Positions 26,201-41,317 are shown, counted from the stretch's first letter. The stretch is DNA of 64,000 nt from the human T2T-CHM13v2.0 reference genome, Homo sapiens (GCF_009914755.1 NC_060926.1), one strand, 5' to 3'. Made by a program: numbers and translations. The notes: generated by a model from the letters alone, not told the origin.

Positions 26201-29200
26201 CAGGATATAATTTTAATGGAATGAAATGGAATGGACTCTAATTTAATGAAATTTAATGGAACCACGTGGAAACGAATGTACTCGAATGGAACGGAATGGT
26301 GTGGAATGGAATGGAAACTAAATGAACTGAACGGAATGAAATGGAATTTAATGGAATGGTATGTAATGGAATCGAATGTAATGGAATGGTTTGGAATGGA
26401 ATGGACTCGAAAGGGATGGAATGAAATGGATTGTACTGGAATGGAATGGAATGGAATCCACCCGAATGGAATAGAATGGAATGGACTCTAATGGAATGGA
26501 ATTTAATCCACCCGAATGGAATGGAACGGAATGGAATTGAAAGGTATGGAATGGAATGGACTTCAATGGAATATAATGGATTGGAATTGACTTGAAGGGA
26601 ACAGAATGGAAAGGATTCGAGTGGTCTTGAAAGGAATGGAATGGAATGTACTTGAATGGAATGGAATGGAAATGAATGGAATGGAATGAAATGGAATGGA
26701 ATTGACATGAATTTAATACAATGAAATTTAAAGGGACGGACCTTAATGGAATGGAGTGGAATGGACTCGAATGAAATAGAATGGAATAGACTCGAATGGA
26801 ATGCAATGCAATGGAATGGACTCAAATGGAATGGACACGAATGGAATTGAATGGAATAGAAAGGAATGGAAAGGAATGCAATGGAATGGACTTGAAAGGA
26901 ATGGAATGGACATGAATGGAACGAAATGGAATGTAATTGACTCGAATGGAATATAATGGAATTTAGTGGAATGGACTCGAATGGAATTTAATGGAATTTA
27001 ATGGAACGGACTCTAATGGAATGGAATGGAATGGCCTGAAATGGAATAGTATTGAATAGACTCGAACGAAATGGAATGCAATGGAATGTACTCGAATGGA
27101 ATGGAATGGAATGCACTCGAGTGTAATGTAATGAAATTGAGTAGTCTTGAAAGCAGTGGGATGAAATGCAATGTAATGGAATCGAATGGAATGGAATGGA
27201 GTCCAATGGAAAGGAAATAAATTGAATGGAATCAAAAGCAGTGAGATGGAATGCAATGGAATGGACTCTAATGGAATGGAACGGAATGGATTCGAATGGA
27301 ATGGAATGCAATGGAATGGACTCAAATGGAATAGAAGAATGGAATTCACTCGAATGGAATTGAATGGAATGGACTCATGGAATGGAATGGAATGGAATGG
27401 AATGGAATGGAATGGAATGGGATGGACACTGATGGAATGGAATGGAATGAAATTTGTTCAAATGGAATTGAAATGAATGGAATAGAAACGAATGGACTGG
27501 AATGGAATAGAATGGACTGGAGTGGAATTGCTTTGAATGGAATGGATTCAAATGTAATTGAATGGAATGGACTCAAAAGGAATACCATTGAATGGAATGA
27601 ACTCGAATGGAATGGAATGATATTCAATGTACTCGAATGGAATATAATGTACGGGAATGGAATGAACTCGATTGGAATGGAATGCAATGGAATGAAATGT
27701 GCACAAATGGTTTGGAATGAAATGGAGTGGACACGAATGGAATGGACATGAACGGAACGAAATGAAATGTAATGGACTCGAATGGAATACAATGGTATTT
27801 AATGGAACGGACTTTAATGGATTTGAATGGAATGGATTCGAATGGAATAGAACGTAAGAGACTCGAATGGAATGTAATGCAATGGAATGGACTCTAGTGG
27901 AATATAATGGACTCGAATGGAATGGAATGCAATTGATTGGACTCAAAAGCAGTGGGATAGAATGAATGGAATGGACTTGAATAGAATGGAAAGGAATGTA
28001 GTCGAATGGAAAGGAAATAAATTGAATGGAAACAAAAGCAATGGGATGGAATGCAATGGAATGGAATGGAATGGAATGGAATGGACTCTAATTGAATAGA
28101 ATTGAATTGACTTGATTGGAAATGAATGGAAGGTACACCAATGGAAGGGAATGGAATGTTCTCAAATGGAATGCAATGAATTTTGCTGAAATGAAATGGA
28201 TTGGAATGGAATCGAAACAAAGGGAATGGAATGGAGTAGAATGTACTGCAGTGGAATTGGTTTGAATGGAATGGACTCAAATGTAATGGAACGGAATGGA
28301 CTCAAATGGAATACCATTGAATGAAGGGACTCTAATGGAATGGAATGGCATTGAATGGACTCGACCGGAATGGAATGTAATGGAATGGAATTAACTCTAC
28401 TGGAATGGAATTCAATGGAATGAAATGTGCTCGAATGGATTGGAATTAAATGGAATGGACTCGAATGGTATGGAATAGAATGGAATGGAATGGACTCGAA
28501 TGGAATGGAATGGAATGGAATGGAATGGAATGGAATGGAATTGAATGGAAAGGAATGAACTGGAATGGAATGGAATGGAATGGAATGGAATGGACTTGAA
28601 TGGAAGAGAATCGAAGGGAATGGAAAGGACTCGAATGGAAGAGAATGGAAGGGAATGGAAAGGACTCGAATGGAACGGAATGGACTCGAATTTAATGGAA
28701 TGGAATGGAATGGAGTCAAACGGAATGGAATGAAATGGACTCAAGTTGAATGGAAAGGAATGGACTTGAATGACATAGAATGGAAAGGAATGGAATGGAC
28801 TCGAATAAAGTGGAATGGAATGGAGTCAAAAAGAATGCAATGGATTTGAGTGGAATATAATGGAATGGACTCGAATGGAATGGAGTGGAATGGATTCGAA
28901 TGGAATGGAATGCAATTGACCAGAATGGAATAGAAAGGAATGGACTCTAACGGAATGGAATTGAATGGAATATACTGAAATGTAATTGAATGGAATGGAC
29001 TCCAATGGAATGAAACGAATTGAATGGAATCAAATAGAATGAAATTAAATTGAATGGAATAAACTCAAATGCAATGGAATTGAATGGAATGAAGTGGACT
29101 CAAAAGGAACGGAATGACATGGAATTGACTGTAATGAAATGGAAAGTAATTCAATGGACTCAAATGGAATGGAATGGAAGGGAATGGAATCGAATGTAAT

Positions 29201-32200
29201 AGAAGGGAACGGAAAGTACTCAAATAGAATGGGATAGAATGGAATGGAATGGAATGGCAAAGAATGGAATGGAATGGAATGGAATGGAATGGAATAGAAT
29301 GCAATGGAATGGACTCAAATGGGATGGAATGGAATGGAACAGTCTCGAATGGAAAGGAATAGAATGGACAAGAATCTAATGGAACAGAAAGGAATGGAAT
29401 GGACTCGAATTGAATGGAATGGAATTAAATGGAATGGAATGGAATGAATTGGAATGGAATGGAATTAATTGGAATGGAATTGAATGGAAAGGTATGGATT
29501 GGAATGGAATGGAATGGATTGGACTTGAATGGAAGAGAATCGAAGGGAATGGAAAGGACTCGAATGGAAGAGAATGGAAGGGAATGGAAAGGACTCGAAT
29601 GGAATGGAATAGACTCGAATTTAATGGAATGGAATGGAATGGGGTCAAACGGAATGGAATGAAATGGACTCATGTTGAATGGAAAGGAATGGACTTGAAT
29701 GACATAGAATGGAAAGGAATGGAATGGACTCGAATAAAGTGGAATGGAATGGAGTCGAAAGGAATGCAATGGATTTGAGTGGAATATAAAGGAATGGACT
29801 CGAATGTAATGGAGTGGAATCGATTCGAATGGAATGGAATGCAATTGACCAGAATGGAATAGAAAGGAATGGACTCTAATGGAATGGAATTGAATGGACG
29901 CGAATGGTATTGAATGGAATATACTGAAATGTAATTGAATGGAATGGACTCCAATGGAATGAAAGGAATTGAATGGAATCAAATAGAGTGAAATAAAATT
30001 GAATGGAATAAACTCAAATGCAATGGAATTGAATGGAATGAAGCGGACTCGAAAGGAACGGTATGACATGGAATTGACTTGAATATAATGGAAAGTAATT
30101 CAATGGGCTCGAATGGAATGGAATGGAAGGGAATGGAATGGAATGGACTCGAATGGGATGGAATGGAATGGAACGGTCTCGAATGGAAAGGAATAGAATG
30201 GACAGGAATCTAATGGGAAGAAATGGAATGGAATGGACTCGAATGGAAAGGAATGGAATGGACTCAAGTTCAATGGAATGGAGTGGAATGGAATGGAATG
30301 GAATGGAATGGAATGGATTCAAATAGAATGCAGTGGAATTGAATGGACCCGAAAGCAGTGCAATGGAATGGAATGGAATCGAACAGAAGGTTATAGAACG
30401 GAATGGACCCAAATGAATTGGAATGGATTTGAATGAAATGGAATGGAATAGAATGCCATCGAGTGAAGGGGAATGGAAAGGATTCGAATGGAATTGAATG
30501 GACTCGAATGAGACTGAATGCAGAGGAATGGACTCGAATGGAATGGAATGGATTGGAATAGACACGAATGGAAAGGAATGTAATAGAATGGAATGGAATG
30601 GAATGGAATGGTAAGGAATGAAATGGAATGGAATGGAATGCAATGGACTCGAATTGAATGCAGTTGAGTAAAATGGACTCAAAAAGAATGAAATGGAATG
30701 GAATGGAAGGGAATGCAATAGAATGGAAAGAATGGAATGGGATGGAATGGAATGAAAAGGACTCGAAAGGAATGGAATGGAACGGAATGAGTTCAAATGA
30801 AATGGAATGGACCCGAATGGAATGGAATGTAATGGAATCAACTCAAGTGGAATAGAATGGAATTAATTGCAATGGATTAGAATGAAATGGAAGGCAGTGG
30901 AATGAACTTGAATGGCATGCAATGGATTGGAATGGAATGGAATGGACTCGAAAGGAAAGAATTGAGTTGATCCGAATGGAATGGAATGGAATGGAATGGA
31001 ATGGAATGGAGAGGAATGAAATGGAATGGAGTGGAATGGAATGGACATGAATTGAATGGAATGCAATGGAATGGAATGAACTACAATGGAATTGAATGGA
31101 AGGAAATGGAATGGATTGGAATGGAAATGAATGGAATAGAATGGAAGGCAATGGAATGGATTTGAATGGAATGAAATGGAATGGAATGCAATGGAACTGA
31201 ATGGAATAGAATGGAAGGCAATGGAATGGATTTGAATGGAATGAAATGTAATGGAATTGAATGGAATAGAATGGAAGGAAATAGAATGGAATCGAATGAA
31301 ATGGAATGTAATGGACTTGGATGGAATGGGATGGACTTGAGTGCAATGTATTGGTAGGGAATGGACTCGAATGGAATGGAGTGGAATGGATTTTAATGGA
31401 CTGGAACGGAATGGAATGGATTTGAGTCGAATGGATAGTAACGGTGTGAAATGGACTTGAAAAGAATGGACTGTAATGGAATGAAACCGACTCGAATGGA
31501 ATGGAATAGAAACGAAAGTACTTGAATGGAATGGGAAGGAATGGAATGGAATGGAATGGATTTGAATAGTATGGAAAAGCATTAAATGGCCTCAAAAGAA
31601 TGGAATGGAATGGAATGGAATGGAATGGAATGGACTGAAATGTAATTGAATGGAATGCAATCCAATGGAATGGAATGGATGTAAATGGAATGGAATGGAA
31701 ATGAATCGAGTGGAATGGAATGGCAAGGACTCGAATGTAATGAAACGGAACGTAGTGGACTCGAATGGAATGGAATGGAATGGACCCGATTGGAATGGAA
31801 TGGAACGGAATGGACTCAAGTGGAATGGAGTGGTGTGGACTCAAATGGGATGGAATGCAATCTGGTGGACTCGAATGGAATGGAATATAATGGACACGAA
31901 TGGAATGGACCCGTATGTCATGGAATGGAATTGAAAACACTCGACTCGAATGGGAAGGAATGGAATGGAATGGATTCGAAAGGATAAGAATGGAATGGAT
32001 TCGAAAGGATAGGTATGGAATGGACCTGAATGGAATGGAACGGAATGAGCTTGAATGGAAAGGAATGGAATGGAATGGAGTGGACTCATGTGGAATGGAA
32101 TGGAATGGTCTCGAATGGAATGGAATGGAATGGAATGGACTCATATGGAATCAAAAGGAATTGACCAGAATATAATGGAATGGAACGGACTCGAATTTAA

Positions 32201-35200
32201 CGGAATTTAATGGAATCGAATGGAATTGAATAGACTCGAATGGTAAGGATTGAATGGAATGGAATGGAAAATCATGGAACCGAATGGAATGGAATGGAAT
32301 TTATTGTAATGGAATGCAATGGACTCGAATGGAGTGGAATGGATTGGAATGGAATGGACACGATAAGGATGGAATGTGATGAAACGTACTGGAATGAACT
32401 GGAATGGAATCAACCCGAATGGAATGGAATGGACTCGAATGGAGTGCGATGGACTCATCCCGATTGGAATGGAAGGGAAAGCAATGGAATGGAATGGAAT
32501 AGAATGGAATGGAATGGAATGGAATGGGATGGAATGGAATGGAATGGAATGGAATGGAATCGAGTGGATTGTAATGGAATCGAATAGACTAGAATGGAAC
32601 GGAATGCATTCGAATGGAAAGGAAATCAATGGACCCGAAGGGAATGGAATGGAATGGAATGGAATGGAATGGAATGGAATGGAATGGAATGGATTGGACT
32701 AGAATGGAATGGAATGGTATGGAATGAAATGCACTTGAATGGAGTACAGTGGAATGGAATGGAATGGACTTGAAAGGAATGGGATGGAAATGAATGGAAT
32801 GGAATGGAAAGAAAGGACTTGAATGGATTACAATGGAAATTAATGGAATGGACTCTAATGGAATGGAATGGAAAGGAATCCAATGGAATAGAATGAAATG
32901 GAATAGACTCGAATGGAATGGAATGGAATGGAATGGAATGGAATTGAATATAATGGAATGCAATGGAATAGACTTGAAAGGAATGTAATGGAATTGACTC
33001 CAATGGAATTCAACGGAATGAACCCGAGTTAAATGGAGTGGAATTTAAAGGAAGGGAATGGTCTCGAATGGGATGGAATGGAATGGACTCAGATGGAATA
33101 GCATGGAGTGGAATGGACTCGAATGCAATGTAATGGAATGGATTGGAATGGAATGGACTCGAATGCAATGTAATAGAATGGACTAGAATGGAATGGACTC
33201 GAATGGAATGAAATGGAACAAAATGGAATGGAACGGATTGGAATCAATCGGAATGGAATGGAATGGAATGGAAGTAATGAAATGAAGCGGACTTGAATGG
33301 AATGGAGTTAAATGGAATGGAATCAAATGGAATGGAATCGAATGGAATTGAAACGAATGGAATGGAATTGAATGGAATCAAAAGGAATAGAATGGAATGG
33401 AGTGTAACGGAAAGATATAGAATGAAATGGAATGGAATGAATTCGAATGGAATATACTGTAATGTAATGGACAGGAAGGTAATGGAATCAAATGGAATGG
33501 ACTGGGGTGGAGTGGACTCTAACGGAATGGAATGGAATGGAAAGAAACATAATGGAGTGGAATAGGATGGAAAGGAAAGCAATGGAATGGATTTGAATGA
33601 AATAGAATCGAATGGAATGGCATCAAACGGAGTGTAACGGAAAGGAATGGACTCGAGTGCAATATATTCAAATGGAATAGATTCGAATTTATTGGTATCA
33701 AATTAAATGGAATGGAATTGAATGGAATGGAACCTAATGTAAATGACTCGAATGGAATGGAATCAAATAGAATGGAATCAAAAGGAATTGTCTCGAATGT
33801 AATTTATTCGAATAGAATAGAATTGAATGTAATGCAATAGTATGGAATGGAATTGAATGGAATGGGATTGAATGGAGTGGACCGGATTGGAATGGACAGG
33901 AATAGAACGGACTAGAATGTAAAGGATTGAAATGTAATTGATTTGAATGCAATGGAATCGAATGGAATGTAATCAAATGGAATGGAATGCAACGGAATGG
34001 AATGGAGTGGAATTGAGTGTAATGGAATTAAATGGAATGGAATTAAATGGAATGGAATCGAATGGAATGGAATCAAATGGAATGGACTGGAATTGAATGG
34101 CATCGAATGGAATGGAATTGAATGTAATCGAAAGGAATAGAATGGAATGGAGTGTAATGGAAACATATCGAATGGAATGGAATAGACCCGATTGGAATGG
34201 AATCAAATGGAATGGAATCTAATGGAATGGTATCAAATGGAAAGGAATTGAATAGAATCGAAAGGAATAGAATGGAAGGGATTGTAATGGAAAGATATTG
34301 AATGTAATGGAGTGGAATGGAATGGACTCGAATGGAATGGAATGGGGAGGAATGGACTCGAATGGAATGGAAACGAATGGAATGGAATGGAATGGAAAGG
34401 AATAGAATGGAATGGAATTAGATGCATCTGAATGGAATGAAAAGGAGTCGAATGGAATATAATTGAATGGAATGGCTTCGAATGGAATGGAATAGAATGG
34501 AATGGAATGGAATGGACTCGAATGGAATAGACTCGAATGGAACAGAAACAAATGGAATGGCATCGAATGGAATGCAATAGTATGGAATGGAATCTAATGG
34601 AGCACAATCAAATGGAATTAACCGGAATGGAATGGACTGGAATAGAACAGACTCGAATGCAATGAATTGCAAAGTAATTGATTTGAATGGAATGGATTCA
34701 AATGTAATGTAATAAAATGGAATGGAATTGTATGCAATGAATTGGAATAGAATGAAATGCAATAAAATGCAAAGGAGTGTAATTGAGTGGAATGGAAAGA
34801 TATGGAAAGGAATGGAATGGAATGGAATTGAATGGAATGGAATGGACTCGAATGGAATGTACTGGAACAAAATGGAATCGAACGGATTGGAATAGAATGG
34901 AGTGGAATGGAATGGAATGGCCTCGAATGCAATGGACACGAATGAAATGGAAATGAATGGAATGGAATAGAATGGAATGGAATTGTATGGAATCAAAAGG
35001 AATAGAACGGAATGGAGTGTAACGGAAAGATGTCGAATGGAATGGAATGGACTCGAATGGAATGGAGTCGAATAGAATGGAATGGAATGGAATGGAAGTA
35101 TATCGGATGGAATGGAATGGAATGGAATGGACTCGAATAGAATGGACTCAAATGGAATGGAATGGAATGGAATGCAATGGAAAGGAATGGAAAAGAATAG

Positions 35201-38200
35201 AAAGGAATAGAATGGAATGGAGTTTAATGGGAAGATATCGAATGGAATGGAATGGACTCGAATGGAGAGGAATGGACTCGAATGTGATGGAAACGAATGG
35301 AATGGTATGGAATGGAATGGAATGGAATGGAATGGAATGGAATGGAATGGAATGGAATGGAAAGGAATAGCTTGGAATGGATTTGGATGGAACGAAATGG
35401 AATGTAATGGTGTCGAATGGAATAGAATCAAATGGAATGACATCGAATGGAATAGAATGGAATGGAATGGAATGGACTTGAATGGAAGAGAATCGAATTG
35501 AATGGCATCGAATGGAATGCAATGGAATGGAATGGAATTGACCCAAATGTAATAGACTCAAATGGAATGGACCCAAATAGAATGTACTCGATAGGAATGG
35601 ACTCGAATGGAATTTGTTCGAAAAGAATGGAATCGAATGGAATGAAATAGTATGGAATGGAATCAAATGGAATGGAATCGAATGGAATTTAATCAAATGG
35701 AATGGAATGGAATGCAATGGAATGGAATAGAATGGAATGCAATGGAATGGAGCAGAGTCGAATTGAGTGGAATGGAATATGATCAAATGGAATGGAATTA
35801 AATGGAATGGACTGGAATCGAATGGAATTGAATGGAATGGACAAGAGCATAATGGAATCGAACAGGACGGAATGGAATGGAATGGAATGGACTCGAATGG
35901 AACAGAGTCGAATGGAAGGCAGTCGAATGGAATGGAATGGAATGGAATTGAATGGAATCAAAAGGAATAGAAAGGAATGGAGTGTAATGGAAAGATATTG
36001 AATGGAATGGAATGGAATGGATTGGACTCGAATGGAAAGGACTCAAATGGAATGGTCTCAAACGGAATGAACTGGAGTGGAATGGACTCGATTGGAATGG
36101 AAACGAATGGAATGGAATGGAACGAAATGGAACCTAATGGAATGAAATGTAAAGGAATAGAATTGAATGGAATCTGATGGAATGGAATGAAATGGGATGG
36201 AATCGAATGGAATAGAATCCAATGGAATGGCATCGAAAAGAATGGAGTGGAATGGAATGGACTCAAATGGAATGCGCTCAAGTGGAATAGAATTGAATGG
36301 AATGGCATCGAATGGAATGGAATGGAATGGAAAGGAATGGATCCAAATGTAATGGACTCGAATGGAATGGACTCAAATAGAATGGACTCGAAAGGAATGG
36401 TGTCGAATGGAATTGATTCGAATGAAAAGAATGGAATGGAAAGGAATGGATCCAAATGTAATGGACTCGAATGGAATGGACTCAAATAGAATGGACTCGA
36501 AAGGAATGGTGTCGAATGGAATTGATTCGAACGCAATGGAAACGAATGGAATGCAATAGTATGGAACGGAATCGAATGGAATGGAATCAAATGGAATGGA
36601 CTGGAATTCAATGGAGTGGAATAGAACGGACGTGAATGTAATGGATTGCAATGTAATTGATTCGAATGGAATGGAATCGAATGGAATGTAATCAAATGGA
36701 ATGGAATGGAAAACAATGGAATGGAATAGAATGGAATGCAACGGAATGGAACGGAGTGGAATCGAGTGAAATGGAATGGAATTGAATGGAATGGAATCTA
36801 ATGGATTGGACTGGAATGGAATGGACTCGAAGGGAATGGACCAGAAGAAAATGGAATCGAACTGATTGGAATCTAACGGAACAGAATGGAATGGAATGGA
36901 ATCGAATGGAACAGAGTCGAATGGAATGGAATCGAATGGAATGGAATTGAATGGAATCGAAGGTAATGGAATCGAATGGAATGGAATTGAATGGAATTGA
37001 AAGGAATAGAATGGATTGAAGTGTAATGGAAAGATATCGAATGGAATGGAATGGACTCGAATGGAATGGTCTTGAATGGAATGAACTTGAGTGGAGTGGA
37101 TTCCAATGGAATGGAAACGAATGGAATGGAATGGAACGGAATGGAATGGAACGGCAAGGAATAGAATTGAATGGAATCTAACCGAACGGAATGGAATGGA
37201 GTGGAGTCGAATGGAATAAAATCAAATGGAATGGTATTGAACAGAATGGAATGGAATTGACTCGATGGGAATGGACTCGAATGGAATAGAATCGAATGGA
37301 ATGGCATAGAATGGAATGGAATGGAACGGAACGAAATGTAATGGACTCGAATGGAATGTTCTCAAATGGAATTGATTTGAATAGAATGGATTCGAATGGA
37401 ATGCAATACTATGTAATGGAGTCAAATGGAATGGAATTGAATGGAATGGACCAGAATGGAATGGACTGCAATAGAACAGACTCGAATGTAATGGATTGCA
37501 ATGTAATTGATTCGAATGGATTGGAATCGAATGGAATGTAATCAAGTGGAATGCAATGGAACGCAATGTAATTTAATAGTATAAAATGCAATGGAATGGA
37601 AAGAATGGAATTCAATGGAATGGAATAGAGTGGAATCGAGTGGAATGGAATCGAATGGAATGGAATCGAATGGAATGGAGTGGATTGGAATGGACTCGAA
37701 TGGAATGGACTGGAACAAAATGGAATCAAACGGATTGGAATCGAACTGAACGGAATGGAATGGAATGGAATGGAATGGAATTGGATGGAATGGACTCAAT
37801 CGGAATGGAATCGAATGGAATGGAATCAAATGGAATAGAAACAAGTAGAATGGAATTGAATGGAATTGAAGGGAATATAATGGAATGGACTGTAATGGAA
37901 AGTCCTCGAACGGAGTGAAATGGAATGGACTCGAATGGAATATACTGGAATGGAATGGACTCGAATGGAATGGCCTGGAGTGGAATGTACTCGAATGGAA
38001 TGCAATGGAATGGAATGCTAAGGAATAGAATGGAATGGAATCGGAAGGAATGGAATGGAATGGAATGGAGTCAAATGGAATAGAATCTAATGGAATGGCC
38101 TTGAATGGAATGGAATGCAATGGAATGGTATAGTCTTGAATGTAATGCACTCAAGTGGAATAGAATGGAATGGAATGGCATCGAATGGAATGGAATGGAA

Positions 38201-39798
38201 TTGAAAGGAATGGGTTGGAATGGAGTGGAATGGACCCAAATGTAATGGACTCGAATGGAATGGACTCAAATAGAGTGGACTTGAATGGAATGGTCTCGAA
38301 TGGAATTTATTCAAATAGAATGGATTCGAATGAAATGCAATAGTATGGAATGGAATTAAATGAAATGGACTGCAGTGGAATGGAATGGACTGGAATAGAA
38401 CGGACTCGAATGTAATTGATTGCAATTTAATTGTTTCAATTGGAATGGAAGCGAATGGAATGTAATCAAGTGGGATGGAATTGAGTGCAATGAAATGGAA
38501 TAGAATGGAATGCAGTGGAAAGGAATGGAGTGGAATCGAGTGGAATGGAATCAAATGGAATGGGATCGAATGCAATTGACTGGAATGGAATGGAGTCGAA
38601 TGGAATGGACTTGAACCAAATGGAATATAAAGGATTGGAATCAAATGGAATGGAAAGTAATGGAATGGAATGAAATGGACTCGAATGGAATGGAGTCGAC
38701 TGGAATGAAATTGAATGGAATGGCATCAAATGGAATGGAATTGAATGGAATTGAAAGGAACAGAATGGAAAGAAGTGTAATGGAAAGATATCGAATGGAG
38801 TGGAATTCAATGGAATGGACTCGAAAGGAATAGAATGGAATGGAATGGACTCGAATGGAATGGACTAGAGTGGAATTGACTCGAATGGAATGGAAACGAA
38901 TGGAATGTAGTGGACTGGAGTGGAATGGCTCGAATGGAAGGGAAACGAATGGAATGGAATGGAATGGAACGGAATGGAATGGAAACGAATGGAATGGAAT
39001 GGAATGGAATGGAAAGGAAAGGAATAGAATGGAATGGAATCTGATGGAACGGAATGGAATGGAATGGAGTCAAATGGCATAGAGTCGAATGAAATGACTT
39101 CGAATGGAATGGAATGGAATGGAATGGAATGGAATGGAATGGAACGGAATGGAATGGACTTGAATGGAATGGATTCGAATGGAATAGAATCGAATGGAAT
39201 TTCATCGAATGGAATGGATTGGAATGGAGTGGAATGGACCCAAATGTAATGGAGTGGGATGGAATGGACTCAAATATAATTGACTCAAAAGGAATGGTCT
39301 CGAATGGTATTTATTCGAATAGAATGGAATCGAATGGAATGCAATAGTATGGAATGGAATCGAATGGAATGGAACTGAATTTGATGGAATGGAATAGAAC
39401 GGACTCTAATGTAATGGATTGCAATGTAATTGATTCCAATGGAATGGATTCGAATGGAATACAATCAAATGGAATGGAATGGAATGCAATGGAATGGAAT
39501 GGAATGGAATGCAATGGAAAGGAATGGAGTGTAATCGAATGGAATGGCATCGAATGGAATGGAATGGATCGAACGCAATGGAATAGAATGGAATGGACTG
39601 GAATGGAGTGGACTTGAATAGAATGGACTGGAGTGGAATGGACTCGAATGGAATGGAAATGACTGCAATGGAATGGAATGGAAAGGTATAGAATGGAATG
39701 GAATCGGAAGGAACGGAATGGAATGGAATGGAGTCGAATGGAATAGAATCGAATGGAATGGCATAGAATGAAATGGAATGGAATGGAATCGAATGGAA
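23271..39798 (+). repeat. HSat3, diverged GACTCGAATG-rich type (resembles the HSat3A/DYZ1-like class); two sub-domains at about 23.3-33.2 kb and 33.2-39.8 kb
   Basis: (GGAAT)n with frequent GGACTCGAAT/GGACTCAAAT and near-absence of CAACCCGAGT, apart from an island at 24.15-24.68 kb and isolated copies. No ATC triplet insertions, so it is not HSat2. The subfamily label is inferred. Confidence 0.88.
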
Positions 39799-41317
39799 TT
39801 CCATTCGATTCCATTCGATGATGATTCCAATCGATTCCATTCGGTGATGATTCAATTCGATTCCAATTGACGATGATTGCATTCAATACCATTCGATGAT
39901 GATTCCGCTCAATTCAATTCAATGATGATTCCATTCGATTTCATTTGATGAATCTATTCAATTCCATTTAATGATGTTTCAATTCTATTTCATCTGTTGA
40001 TTCCATTGGATTTCATTCGATGATGTTTCCTTTCGATTCCATTCGATGATGATTCCATTCAATTGCATTCGATGATGATTTCAATCGTGTCCATTCGAAC
40101 ATTCCATTCGATTCCTTTTGATGATGATTCCATTCGGGTCCATTCGATGATTCCATTCCATTCCATTCGATGATGATTCCATTCGATTCCATTCGATGAT
40201 TCCTTTCGATTCCATTTGACGATGATTCCCTTTGAGTCCATTCGATGATTCCATTAGATTGAATTTGATGATGATTCCATTCGAGTCCATTCGATGACTC
40301 CATTCCATTCCACTCGATGATGATTCCATTCTATTCCATTCGATGATTCCTTTCGATTCCATTCGATGATGATTCCCTTCGAGGCAATTCGATGATTCCA
40401 TTAGATTGAATTTGATGATGATTCCATTTGATTCCATTCGATGATTCCATTCGATTCCATTCGATGATGATTCCATTAGATACCATTCACTGATTCCTTT
40501 CTTTTCTATTTGATGATGATTCCACTCATGTCCATTCGATGATTCCATTCGAGTCCATTATATTATTCCCTTAGATTCCATTCGTTTATGTTGCCTTTTG
40601 ATGCCATTTGGTGGTTCCATTTGATTCAATTCGATGATGTTTCCATTCGAGTCCATTCGATGATACCATTCGATTCCATTCGTTGATCATTCCATTCGTG
40701 TCTATTCAATGATTCCATTCGATTCCATTCGATGATGATTCCATTCAGGTCCATTCGATGATTCCTTTCCATTCCATTCGAGGAAGATTCCATTTGAGTC
40801 CATTCGATGATTCCATTTGATTCCATTTGATAATGATTCCATTCGAGTCCATTCGATGATTCCATTCGATTCCATTAGATGATGTTTCCATTTGAGTCCA
40901 TTGATTATTCCATTCCATTCCATTCAATGATTCCTTTCGAGTCCATTTGATGATTCTATTCGATTCCATTCGATAATTCCTTTCCATTCCATTTGATGTT
41001 GTTTCCATTCGAGTCCATTCGATGATTATAACAGTCGATTGTATTCCATGATTCCATTCGATTACATGTGATAATGATTCCATTGGAGACCACTCGATGT
41101 TTCCATTCAATTCATTCGATGATGATTCCATTCAATTCCATTCGATGATTCCATTAGATTCAATTTGATGATGATTCCATTCGATTCCATTCCATGATGA
41201 TTCCATGCAATTCCATTCGATGATGACTCCTTTTGGTTCCATTTGATGATGATTCCTTACGGTTCCGTTCAATGATGATTCCTTTGGATTCAATTCGATG
41301 ATGATTCCACTCGATTC
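39799..41317 (-). repeat. Human satellite 2 (HSat2/SatII), CATTC orientation on + strand
   Basis: Units of ATTCCATTCGATTCCATTCG(ATG)1-2 and GAGTCCATTCGATGATTCC (23/26-bp HSat2 pattern), with many CpG-decay variants. Confidence 0.95.

Noticed and set aside
39790-39810. Heat-shock element created at the inverted junction
   Set aside because: A canonical HSE needs nGAAnnTTCn spacing. Here GAA and TTC abut directly (GAATTC).
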